Origin: Lobosporangium transversale
Lineage: Eukaryota
Direction: 5' to 3'
DNA: 64,000 nt
Assembly (NCBI RefSeq): GCF_002105155.1
Contig: NW_019029010.1
Span: 62,001-126,000, forward strand
Of the stretch, positions 39,183-50,929 are shown piece by piece. The notes under the pieces were generated by a model. It ran no database searches. It was not told where the DNA came from and worked only from the letters and a program-made list of their open reading frames with translations. Position 1 is the stretch's first letter, and each line of letters opens with the position of its first letter. The position numbers and the translations under genes were made by a program.

Positions 39183-42100
39183 CAAAGCAAGATGGATGGT
39201 ATTGTGCCTGCACATCCACGCATGCAACGCCTGGAACTTTAGCTGGCGCTTAATAGAGCTTGAATAATTGAGAATATGTACCGCTTCCACTTAAAGTCTT
39301 CTTTACTCCAGAATACAGATTTGAGTTCAGGTCAAGTGAGATTTTGAGGGACCCTCTTGATAGAAGTATTGTTTGGTCTCAATTCACAGCCTTAGCTCCT
39401 ATAGCTGGGCTTTCTATGAGCTAATCTAAAGTGGCTAAGGTCAAGGGACTGTCCCGCATATTATTCATTTTTCTTGATGTTTTCAATGTGCCGTAGTGCC
39501 TGTACTGATCATGGTGGTTATTCATCTTTTGACCAAAACCATAAGGACTACGGTTACTTTTTTTGCAGCTGTGCATTCAAGACTGACTCATATTGAGCGA
39601 TTGGACTGGAAGTAATACCGGCATAGGCCAACTCTTTGCGAACACAGAAAATACACTTCATTGAATAAAATGACAAGTTGAAATGGGGCACATTGATAAG
39701 ACATCTTTTGCTTCACAATAGCCTTGAAGACAGAGCGGCGGACATTAAATTAATCAGGGGAATGTCTATGACCCTGAAAATACAAAACTTGGAGGGGAGA
39801 GACGTGTGCAGTAAGTTTATATTTGTACAGATTTATTTGACCCCTCTTCGTTACTAGCCCATGAATATACTTTATTTCTCCGTGTCCTTCTCGTTTACAT
39901 TGCCTCCATATGACTGGTCCGCCCTGGGAGCTGCACAGACTCATGTTCTTCAACTTTGCACCAGATTAACAATCGATGCATTAACTTCTCCCTTCATTCT
40001 TATCCTAAATTATGATGCGTTGTGTGCAGCATAAAATAAAGTTCGATTGAGTACGCATTAACTTGCAATAGCGTCAAAACGTTCTCCTTAATGGGGATGG
40101 ACGTACTAAACATGTCTTTGTTTTTCTGACACGGATAATTATTGATAGCAATGCCTGAGCTTGGCTTTAGCATACACTAATGCTGATGATCTCTGAGGTA
40201 TGCCGAGTAATGTAGTTAGCTTTGTATGCTCTTCTTTTAGAATGAAAGCAGAAATGATACAAATAGCGAGGGAGGCCCTCAATTTCTGAGCAACACCATC
40301 CTTCAAGTTCTCTTAGCACAATACCAGCATATCCAAGCGCTCTTCTACTGAGCAAAGGATCTAAGCGACAATGAAGTTTACTATCTTCTCTCTCATTAGC
40401 GTTGCCGCTGCCCTCCTTTCTCTTTCGGCTATCCAAGTTTACTCTCTTCCAACTGATCTTGCCAGGCCTATTGTAGCTAAAGAGGCTGCGATCAGAGGCT
40501 TGAATGATTATAACTGTAAACTGACTCCTGCTCATCCTCGTCCTGTAATCCTAGTTCATGGAACTGCAAATACTGTCCATCTTTGGTTCAAGTTTGCACC
40601 TAAATTGATCAAACGCGGCTATTGTGTCTTTGGCCTTACCTATGGCAGACACAAAATAATCCCTTTTCTTGGAGGCCTTGCTCCTATCGAGGACTCTGCC
40701 AGAGAGATGGGAGCCTTTGCGAACAAAGTGATGCACAGGATGAATGCGTCTCAAGTAGATATCGTAGGATATTCACAAGGCGGTATCCTGACAAGGTACT
40801 GGGTTAAGTATTTGGATGGAGCTGGCAAGGTCTACAGGCATATTGGGATTTCTCCTATTCACCATGGTACAACTCAGGCTGGAGCCGTAGCATTGGTTAA
40901 GGCTGCCGGGATATTGCACCCCGACATCTCGCTCGTGCCGTCAATCCCCTCAATGATTGCGAACTCCACGTTTATGCAGAAGTTGAATGCTGGAGGCGAT
41001 ACTACTCCTGGTGTTATCGAATCCAACATTGCTACCAGGTATGTCTTTGCACTATAAAGCTATATACATACTCGATCACGACGGTGTTTGGTAACAACTT
41101 TTTATTTTTCAACCTATCCGCAATCAATAGGTACGACAAGATTGTAGTTCCATGGCAGTCATGCTTCCAGCATGGGCCTAATGTAACAAATGCTGTGCTT
41201 CAGAAGCTTTGCAAGTTTTCATTGGACGACCATCGTAAGTGATTGTTGTTTGTATGATTGAAGTACAAACATGACATGCTTCTGGTAGTTGACCTCCCTT
41301 TCTTTTACTTTATTAGCGACCATGCCCTTTAACAATATCGTTCATCAGTTCATCCTGAATCAACTCGATCCATCCACCGCGGAACCTGCTAGCTGCCGGT
41401 TGCTGTTTTAGGTCGAAGAGCAGAAAGACAGGCGCCTATTTATTTTTTCTTTATACAACCTTTGACATCCAAAAAAAAAAAATAAAAAAATAAAAATAAA
41501 AACGTTTTTTTGGCCTATACTTGACTACGAGCTTGTCCTTTACCGTCCTTTTTTTTTACACACATGTCGCCAACCACATGCTACAGTTGTATTATTCTAT
41601 AAATCCCATTATAAACTTTCATAGTTACGGCCCGATGAGGTGCTATAAAGGGCCAATCTGCATTTGACTGATAGACATGTCTAGCTTTTAGCCTGATAGA
41701 TATGTCTAGCTTTTCGACTGAATTGATTTGTACCTTGCTTCCATATCTTCTATCCAGAATAGCACTACATATACTTAGTAGAAGGAGTCTTTTTTTTTTT
41801 TTTTTTTTTTTTTTTCTTAATGAGAGAAAGAGGAATGAGGATGGGGAAATGAAAGAATGAGAGGATGAAGCAGCATGGTTGACGTGATCAGTTTTACTTT
41901 GAGAGCCTGTAACTGTATTTATAAAATCTCCAACAACGTCCGGCTAAGTCATTGATCGGTGTACCTCCCTTTCAAGGATCGCAGAATCGCGAACAAGATG
42001 TGGGAGTTTATTCAAGCCTATTGTTAGTGCATGGATCCAAAGCAAGATGGATTGTATTATGCCTGCACATCCATGTATGCAGCCTCTGGAACTCCAGCTG

Positions 42101-42436
42101 GCATTTAAGGTGCTTGATAGATTGGAAAGTTGGGCTGATTGCGTGCCCGTTCTAGCTAAAGTCTTTATTACTTTGGAATATAGATACGCATTCAATTTGA
42201 ATCCAGGTCAAGAGGGTTTCGATAGGTACCTTTGACAGAGAAGTGATGTTTGATGTCAATTAATAGCTTTAGGCTCCCATAGATAGCCTTCTTATGACTC
42301 TATCTAATATGGCCCAGGGTGAATGACTATCCCCCATATTACACACATTCCTTGATGCTTTTAATGTGCTCGAGCACAGACGTTCAACGTCTTTTTTGCA
42401 GTTGGGCATACAAAATTGTCTATTACTGGACGATGG
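39183..42436. repeat. Right arm of palindrome 2
   Basis: Reverse complement of 35208..38460. Confidence 0.95.
40371..41411 (+). CDS. Secreted lipase family C copy 4; exons 40371-41038, 41131-41234, 41317-41411
   Basis: GTATGT..CAATAG and GTAAGT..ATTAG introns keep the frame; predicted triad S (GYSQG), D (YDKIV), H (LDDH). Confidence 0.9.
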
Positions 42437-43289
42437 GATTTGGGCTAGTACACCCATAAACCAATTTTTGGCAAAAACAGAAAATGTAGTATGTTGAATG
42501 CAGTGACCATTCGATTGGAACAAATTGATAGAAAGACATTCTTTTCTTAACATTATCTGCGGAGACAGAGCGCCGGATAGTATGTTGGTCAGGTAATGGA
42601 TAGTTCGGTCGAACACTAGTGAATACTAAAGCCTATTGTTCGACAATGAGGAGGCAACCAATGTCTCACCCGCAGCCGCCCTTGGTTCATTAATAGATGT
42701 GAGACATCCAAAGAATACGACACAATTTTGATTAGTCATAAAAAAAAATAAGTTACGTACCTTATGCACTCGCATTTACTCATATCTCTGTTAACTTCTA
42801 TGAGTGTTCGTTGATTTCATTTTGTAGATGCTAAGTCATGATGATAGCTCATTCCCTCGTTCCCCCCGCATTTTTATCACTGCTTTGACCCAGGGAGCTG
42901 CACGGGTATATGCATCTCAAATTTACACCAGCTTCTAGTTTTATTTCTTGGTTCAATGCTGAAAGTTGGGAGAAAACTGATGTTTGAATAAATACAAAAA
43001 AATCTGGTTGTAGTATGCGCTTACTTGCAATTAGTAATGCGTACATTAAACATGTTTCTGTTCGCTGACATTAGCGATAGTTGCTAATAGTGCTTAAGCT
43101 CGGCTTTAGTATGAAAACATGCTAGTGGTACCTGATACCCATCGAATAATTTAGTTAGTTTATAGCCCTTCTTTGGAAATGGATCACCCTCCCTGCCTTT
43201 GTAATAGATACAGTGGCTTCCAATATTTCCAAGTGTTTCATTCTTCCAAAGGAAAACTATAAGTGTTCAACAGTGAGCAGCACTTGTGC

Positions 43290-44274
43290 CCTTGGATCCT
43301 AGATGGGAACAACCTGGAAGACATACTTTATTTGCTCTAAACCTATTAGCGCTCCTGCTTGTTTCTGATAGCTTTTCACTACTTTGAAATTATCCCCTCC
43401 ATGTTCGCGAATTTTTTTTTTAAATGATCCCACAAATGCTCAATAGGGTTTAGGTTTGGTGAATTGGCAGGCCATGTTAGTATTCTACCTGATGCTCTTG
43501 TCAATCCAATAGAGGCAAGGTAGGTTAGGACTCTCTTAGCCGTATGCTTAGAATCATTGTCTTGTTGGAAGATAAATTGCTCTGGATCAATGTTGTACCA
43601 ATTCACAGTATTCAATAGCTCGTCCTGGAGGATACGAATATACAGCTCGGAGTCCAGCGTGGAGTCGATCTTGGCCAAGTAGCCTGACCCATCCCACGTC
43701 ATGCAGCCCCAGACCATGATCGAACCACCACCATGTTTGACTGTGGGCGAAACTAACTTTGGGTCAATATCAGTCGCCTCCGCCTTTGGTTCTTTATTTG
43801 ATTCCACCCAAACATAGATATCCTAGAAATTTTGGGCTCATCGGACCAAATTACTCGCTTTCAATCAGCTTCGGTCCAGTCTTTGTGCTGGAGAGCAAAG
43901 TCCAGTCGAGCTTTCTTTTGACGTTTTGTTAGCCTAGGCTTCTTAACGGCTTTTTTAGCTTCCGGGCCTATATCTCTCAGCGCCCGACGCACCGTATTAG
44001 CTGACACTGGATCTTCGTTCTCATCGCTATAAAGCCTGGTAGCATGGACAGCTGATGAGACTATACCACGGTGAAGCAACAATCGAATATAATATGCATT
44101 CCGGTAATTGAACTTCCGTGGCCGACCAGCTCTACTTTTACTCCTGACAGGCCCTAATGTCTTGGAGACTGAGGATTTGGATATGCCTACTTCTGTGGCA
44201 ACCTGACGGACGGACTTGTGCTGCTCGAGTAAATGGAGAGCATCCTCAACAACGGATGCTTTGATTGGCCTCAT
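43290..44274 (-). pseudogene. Tc1-family transposase pseudogene
   Basis: HTH (SVRQVATEVGISKSSV), GRPRK, WTEAD*KRVIWSDE (TGA in place of Trp), frameshift, TVKHGGGSIMVWGC, FQQDNDSKH, WPANSPNLNPIEHLW. Confidence 0.92.
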
Positions 44275-44460
44275 CTTTGCTTAGGAAGAGTAACGTAGGC
44301 TCTCAGAAAAGTGTAAGTGAAGAGTATTTACTCAAGTGTGTGGGAGATAATTTGAAAAAAATTCTGCAAAGGTGCGTAAAATAAGTGATGGTTATACAGT
44401 ATAATTGTCCAAATGACATTAAATACTTTTGTCAACTAAAAACCATGATGAATGAGACTA

Positions 44461-44827
44461 CAGTCCTCCCTTGACATAAGGGACTCACAGCCAGTGCTCC
44501 TATTCGAACTGAAACTCTGTCAATTGATATTTATTTTTTTAATTTAAAACATCATAATTGACAAAGTTTCAGTTCGAATAGGAGCACTGCTCACAGCCCC
44601 TTATGTCAAGGGACTTTCTTGAGCCCAAATCAATTCAATCGAGTAAACAAAAAAGAATTTCCACATATAATTCATGAGGACGTGAAAAAAATATTGCCCT
44701 TAATGACAGGAATTGGAGGTATTTAAGGGGAGCATATCAATGAACGAATTCATCTTTTTTCATTAAATATAAGACATTTTCTTTTTTGTTTACTCGATTG
44801 AATTGATTTGGGCTCAAGGGAGGACTG
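44461..44827. mobile_element. MITE with TA target duplication, nested in the Tc1 element
   Basis: TA|CAGTCCTCCCTTGA ... TCAAGGGAGGACTG|TA, plus a ~40 bp internal inverted repeat (44618-44657 / 44778-44818). Confidence 0.85.
44492..44589. mobile_element. 98-bp hAT-type MITE nested in the TA-MITE
   Basis: ~34 bp TIRs CAGTGCTCCTATTCGAACTGAAACT(C/T)TGTCAATT; 8-bp direct repeat CTCACAGC at 44484-44491 and 44590-44597. Confidence 0.88.
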
Positions 44828-45157
44828 TAGAGATATTTTAAACTGGACCAGTACACTTATCATCGGCATACTTGTTTATTCTGATAAAAATAAAAGTGCA
44901 AGCAAACATCGCTATTATTCTAATCAATATGGAAACATGGGCGTGGAACGTGTGCACGATTTTAGAAGCCACTGTATCAATGCTGGATTTATCCCTTTAT
45001 CAAGTAACCATGAAAGGTAGAATGTCTGCAGCCAACTCAGAAAAAGATACAAAAAGTGAAGTAAATCCTTCATTTTCTGAACATCATCATCCTTCGTTTT
45101 CTTATCACGATACCAGCATACCCAACCACTCCTACTGAGCAAAGGATCCAAGCGACA

Positions 45158-46237
45158 ATGAAGTTTACTATCTTCTCTGTGATAAGCGTTACCGTCGCCC
45201 TTCTTTCTCTCCCGTCTATCCAAGTTTACTCCCTTCCAACTGATCTTGCCAGGCCTATTGTAGCTAAAGAGACTGCGATCAGAGGCTTGAATGATTATAA
45301 CTGCAAACTGACTCCTGCTCATCCTCGCCCTGTGATCTTGCTCCATGGAACTTTAGATACTATCAATATTTGGACCGTTTTTGCACTTAAATTGATCGCG
45401 CGCGGCTATTGTGTCTTTGGGATCACCTATGGCAGATTTGGAATAATCCCTATCCTTGGAGGCCTTACTAAGATTGAGGATTCTGCCAAAGAGGTTGGAG
45501 CCTTTATAAACAAAGTGATGCGCAAGATGAAAGCGTCCCAAATCGATATTGTTGGACATTCGCAAGGCACTGTCGTGGCAAGGTACTGGATGAAGTACTT
45601 GGATGGAGCTGGCAAGGTCCACAGGAGCATTGGGGTTTCCCCCGGCCACCATGGAACAACTCAGGCAGGGTTCGTTGCGCTGGCTGCAGCTACCAGGCTG
45701 CTCACTGCGATAAATCCCTACCAACACATACTCGCGCCAGTATATCCTGAACTGATTACGAACTCCACGTTTATACGGAAGTTGAATACTGGAGGCGATA
45801 CTACTCCTGGTGTTATCGAATCCAACATTGCTACCATGTATGTCTTTGCACTATAAAGCTATACACATACTCTGTCGCAACGGTCTTCAGCATTAACTTT
45901 TATTTGTTGTATTTTTTTTTTTTTTTTTTTTTTTTAATTATTGCAATCACTAGATACGATGAAACCGTAATTCCATGGCAATTAAGCTTACAAGACGGGC
46001 CCAATGTAACAAATGTCGTACTTCAGGACCTCTGCATTCTATCATTCAACGGCCATGGTAAGTGATTGTTGTTTGTATGATTGAAGCAGCACAAATATGC
46101 CATGCTTCTGGTAGTTAGTTTCTCTTTCTTTTATTTTATTAGCGACTATGCCCCTTAGCAAGGTCGTCCATCAATTCATCTTCAATCAACTCGACCCATC
46201 CACCGCCGAACCTGCGAACTGCTGGTCGCTTTTATAA
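45158..46237 (+). CDS. Secreted lipase family C copy 5; exons 45158-45837, 45954-46057, 46143-46237
   Basis: Signal peptide, VILLHGT, VGHSQGT, YDETVIPW, FNGH; canonical introns at the same positions as the paralogs. Confidence 0.88.
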
Positions 46238-46299
46238 GCCCGAAGGCAAAATTACGGACCCTTTTTTCTTCTTTATAAAGCATCACAACCAACGATATC

Positions 46300-46333
<34 letters not shown>

Positions 46334-48445
46334 CTTTCTCAGCTCATACTTGACTATGTATCTATGCCTTACTATTCTTTTTTTTTTTTCTTTGTCTCAT
46401 CCAACATACTATATTTTCTGTCTTTGCGAAGAATTGGTTTATGGGTATACTAGCTCCACCTTCCAAAAAAAAAAAAAAAAAAAAAAAAAAAGGAGGATCT
46501 TAAATCCTAGAGTGTGCTAATATCTTTCTTTGTACTAGTGGCACATTTATTGCAACCGGAGTAAAAACCAGAACGGACACCTTTGTGCGTGAATAATCAA
46601 AGGCAATGAGCTCTTTTCTTTGTAACATTGTTTATCGAAGACGCGTTCACTGCAGAAATAAAGTAAAATGATTAGAACGTAGATCAACCCTATATTGCCA
46701 AAAAAATGTAACGGTATAGAATTTCTTTCTTCCTGTTTCTCAATTCATGATGCCCGCGTTGTGTACGATGCAAAATTTATTAAGGAGAATGGCTGACTTC
46801 ACGTTTAAAAAAAAAAAAAAAAAAAAAAAAAATTAAATCTAACTACTAATATAATTACAGTCCAAGAAAGATTCCCTATTTCATGTCCACAGTTCTTCAA
46901 TTCTTGGCAGAAAGGCATATCAACCAGTCAAGCTCCTCTAATGCCAAGCCAGGTTATGTATTGTTTCACCTTTGAGATGCAACGCCTTTATATACTATTC
47001 TTTTGACCAGTCAAAATAAAATTTTCTTATATTTCATACAAGAAAAATAAAAATGGAAATTAAAAACCACGCATGTAGGAAAGAAAAATCGTCATTTGCT
47101 GGTCCGTGCGAAAACAAGACGAATGACATGCTCGAATTATAATGGTTATTTAAAAATAGATCTCGGCGCAGTGAATGTTGCGAGTTTAAATGGATCAAAC
47201 AATATTTGGGAAAAAAAAAAAAAAAAAAAAAACAAAAGCAAAAACTCTCCATTTCGAAGTTTGGACATGGTGGGCGTTGCCACGTCGAGAAAGGGCTGTG
47301 CTGTTTGTTTCTTTTTCTAGAACAAAAAAAACCAATGCGTTTTTTTTTTTTTTTTTTTTTTTTAGCAAAATCGAAAAAAAGTGAGATGGAGGTTTAGTGG
47401 CTGGTCTGGTCTCGGGCAACGATCTTGGTATTACCATGGAAAGCAGACAAGTAAGGCTTACTAACCATCAATTTCCTTGTTCTCCTTTCCTACCTTCTGT
47501 GTGTACAATTGGAAGCTAATGCCTCATGCAAAATACATGGTCGTTTGGAGTCTAGACCGAAGTCACAATCTCTCAGGAAGGTTAATTATAACGTTGATAA
47601 CAAAATAAAAAAGGCGTTTGCAGAGATCCGTGCAAGCCTGCAATGAAAGGCTTTAATAAAGTTCCAACGGCCGCAGTTCGCATTTGAATCCATGAGGACA
47701 CCAAAAAGGCTTAGTAATGTGTATTTACCTGTTTGGAAGCTGCACAGGCACATAAGGAATATATTATCTAGCTATTCACAGGGATAGAAAAAATAAGGAC
47801 AAGTATCCTTCTTAACCTTCTTAGCCATGTTAGCGTTGCTAGACCAAAGCCATAGGGGATTTTTGACATTAACAGAGTAGAAATAAAAAAGCGACAGGTA
47901 GAGAGACAGAGAGAAGGATATTTACTGATAGGCCAAAGAGCTGATACACCAATAGCGTTAATTGTTCCTTCGATAAGGAAAGACAACAAAACGAAAAATA
48001 GGTGCCTGGACATTATGAAGCTTCCATTCATGCGCGCAATCTCTTTTTTTTTTTTTTTTTTTTTTTTTGGCAGTTGCAAATAGATATGAATTGTTGTTGC
48101 CGCATGACACAATGCTTAAACATAGGTAAGACAAGACAACCCAAGTATGGCAAGATTACTAACAGTAAAAAAAAATAAAGTTAAAGAGAAGTTTAACAGA
48201 TCGCTAGGACTTGGCGTAGAATTGAGCTGGCGGTAGTTTGGTTCTTCAGGATGGCTACCAACCGCGCTTTTTAAACCTATAAATATGCAGTCTCCTACCC
48301 TTCATTTCTACTCTCTTCATCTTCAGCAACCCTCATCTTCAACAATCCCTACCTTCTCTTCATAAAAACCAAGGCCATCCATATAAAATACACGCAACCA
48401 CTTTCTCTTACAAAAAAAAAAGAAAAATAAAACAAACAATCCATC

Positions 48446-48871
48446 ATGAAGGTTACCGCCATCATTTTTGCTGCCATTGCACTGGTTCCTCTCGCCTTGG
48501 CTGCCCCCACAGCCGATGGTAAATCCACGTGCCGTGTCCGAGTATCCAGTGCGAACACTAGCAGGGCGTCCAGATGTTGCTCTAAGTACGATGGTAATGC
48601 TAATACCCAAGGCAGGGTCGTCCATTGTACCTTACCCATCCGCCAAGAGGGCTACTACCGTAAGTGCCTCAGAGATAGAGGTATCTCCAGCACCGTCTAT
48701 TGCGAGTATGACGATGACGATGACAATCGCCGTGGCCATGGTGATGGTGATGGCGATGGTGACGGTGACGGTGATGGTGATGACGACGGTGATGGTCATG
48801 GTGGTGATGACGGTGGTGATGGTCATGGCGGTGATGACGGTGGCGACGGTGGTGACCACGGCGATGATTGA
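48446..48871 (+). CDS. Family B member 4 with Asp/Gly/His repeat tail (141 aa)
   Basis: Signal peptide, 6-Cys core with EGYYRKCL, then DDDDDNRR and (GD)n/(GHGGDDGGD)n; TATAAATA at ~48278. Confidence 0.88.
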   Translation: MKVTAIIFAAIALVPLALAAPTADGKSTCRVRVSSANTSRASRCCSKYDGNANTQGRVVHCTLPIRQEGYYRKCLRDRGISSTVYCEYDDDDDNRRGHGDGDGDGDGDGDGDDDGDGHGGDDGGDGHGGDDGGDGGDHGDD

Positions 48872-50056
48872 GAAGGGAAAGAAACGAAAATTGAACGAAA
48901 CAATACTTTTTGAAGCATATATGAATAAAATATGGCTATAGCCTCTATTGCTCTTTATCTTCTTTAATCAATGCAAAAAGTTCTTTTGGAAAAATGGTAG
49001 ACCTTGATATGCTTCCGATACTACTTTTGAAGTAACCCTAGTAATGCAAAAATATAGGAAATTAAAGACAGAAAAGATTAGTTACAATAAAAATGATAGT
49101 AAGATTATTTCGTTTCTGCTCCTCTTTGAATTCATTTTTATTGCAACAGGCCAAATATCAATAACTATTAAGCAACATCAACTTGCTTGCGCAGCAGCTC
49201 TAACTGGATTGTGATAACAATGAGAAATGGAAGTCTTCAGTGCCAGTATGCTTTGCAGCCCAATAGAGAAATACATGAACTATGCAATAAATGGAGAAAG
49301 AAAGACTGTAGGTTGTGCAAACGTTACCGCTTTTGTTTTTTGTTTTCTTTTGATTTTTTTTTCCTTCCTGAGAACAAATTTCAGTATAGATGTGGACATG
49401 GTTTTGTACCTGTTGTCCTTTTAAGAAAGTTCATTTATCCAGGCATAAGCATATATGCTCACGACATTAACAGCAACAACAGCATCATTCAGAAAAAAAA
49501 AAAAAAAAAAAAAAAAAAGTATACTTTTCAATAATGTCCATCCTTTGCTCCCACAAAGCATACAAAGCATTCCTTTTCCACTTGAGGGCAACCATCTGAT
49601 AAACTTATGTATCTCTACACTACGCAGTGGTGTGTACTCCTCTGTAACTGCGCAGAGGGTAATAAGGTGGCAAAAATAGTGGATCGTATGTATTACAAAT
49701 TACATATTACGAAATGTAAGGTTTTTTTTCCTTCTTTTGCCTTCACTTTCTATTATTGTTTTGTCATCATCCTCCTCATCTCTGAACGCCGCATAATGTA
49801 ACAAAGCTTAAATATTCGTTCTTCTCTCAACCGAATTGGTTATTTGCCATCAGAACTTTATTTTTGAGCTTAAAAATGACGAGAAATGGGATCAACTGCG
49901 CAATCAAAAAACAAAAAAATTATAAATAGGGGTCTTTTTCCCATGCAATTTCTTTTTTAAACATCACATATATATATTATATCCTAACTCCATCTGTCTT
50001 CTCTCCCTCAATCTTCTTTTAGCTCTCCCCCTTTTTTCTTTTCCTTCTTTCCCAAA

Positions 50057-50929
50057 ATGAACTCTACAGCATCCTTTGTATGTGTGACTTGTGGCACAAA
50101 CACTCCTTCCGATGTTTCTGGTGCTCCTCTCAAAACCTGCATCATCTGTGATGAACCTCGGCAATACATCCGTGCAGGTGGACAGGAATGGACTACACTT
50201 GATGAGCTCAAGGCTAGCAAGAAATACAAGAATGTCTTCACTCCTACTGAAGCTGATCCGGAGCACATGATCTCTATAGCTACCACTCCCCAATATGCAA
50301 TCGGTCAACGAGGCATCCTCATCCGAACTCCAAAGGGTAATGTCCTTTGGGACTGTATCACTTACATTGATCAAGAGACTATCGCCAAGGTCAAGGAACT
50401 AGGTGGGCTTAAGGCTATCATCATCTCTCACCCACATTACTACTCTTCCCTCAAGGAGTGGAGCGAAGCCTTTGGTGGGATTCCTGTCTATACTCACATA
50501 AACGACCAAAAATGGGTCCAACGTCCTGCAGAAAACCACATCTTCTGGGAAGGCACAACTCTTCAATTGTTGGACAATGAGATTACAGTGATGTGCCCTG
50601 GAGGCCATTTTGACGGATCAGCACTATTGCTCTGGAACAAGAATTTGTTGGTCGCGGATACGATGATGGTGGCTGCGTCTCGTAAATCAGTCTCATTCAT
50701 GTACAGCTTCCCGAACTATTGGCCATTAGGACCACAGGAAGTGAAGACTATCTGGAAGACAGTCCGACCATTTGAATTTGATAACTTGTTAGGGGCATGG
50801 GTTGGTAAAGAGGTTATTGGACATGGACGCAGTATTGTTTACGAGAGTGCAAAACTCTATACGAAATACAGTGGGCATGACGCTTCCAAGTTTTACGGGG
50901 CAGACGAGGAGGAGCTCGCATTCAACTAA
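50057..50929 (+). CDS. Metallo-beta-lactamase-fold hydrolase with N-terminal Cys-pair (zinc-ribbon-like) segment, 290 aa, intronless
   Basis: CVTCG...CIICDEPRQY, AIGQRG, NVLWDC, IIISHPHYY, PGGHFDGS, VADT. Confidence 0.85.
   Translation: MNSTASFVCVTCGTNTPSDVSGAPLKTCIICDEPRQYIRAGGQEWTTLDELKASKKYKNVFTPTEADPEHMISIATTPQYAIGQRGILIRTPKGNVLWDCITYIDQETIAKVKELGGLKAIIISHPHYYSSLKEWSEAFGGIPVYTHINDQKWVQRPAENHIFWEGTTLQLLDNEITVMCPGGHFDGSALLLWNKNLLVADTMMVAASRKSVSFMYSFPNYWPLGPQEVKTIWKTVRPFEFDNLLGAWVGKEVIGHGRSIVYESAKLYTKYSGHDASKFYGADEEELAFN

Larger units (their letters stand above)
43211..44974 (-). mobile_element. Degenerate Tc1/mariner DNA transposon
   Basis: TA|CAGTGGCTTC ... GAAGCCACTG|TA. Removing it gives TAATAGATATCAATG, matching TAATAGATACCAATG in the lipase-2 promoter. 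Contains a transposase pseudogene. Confidence 0.9.
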
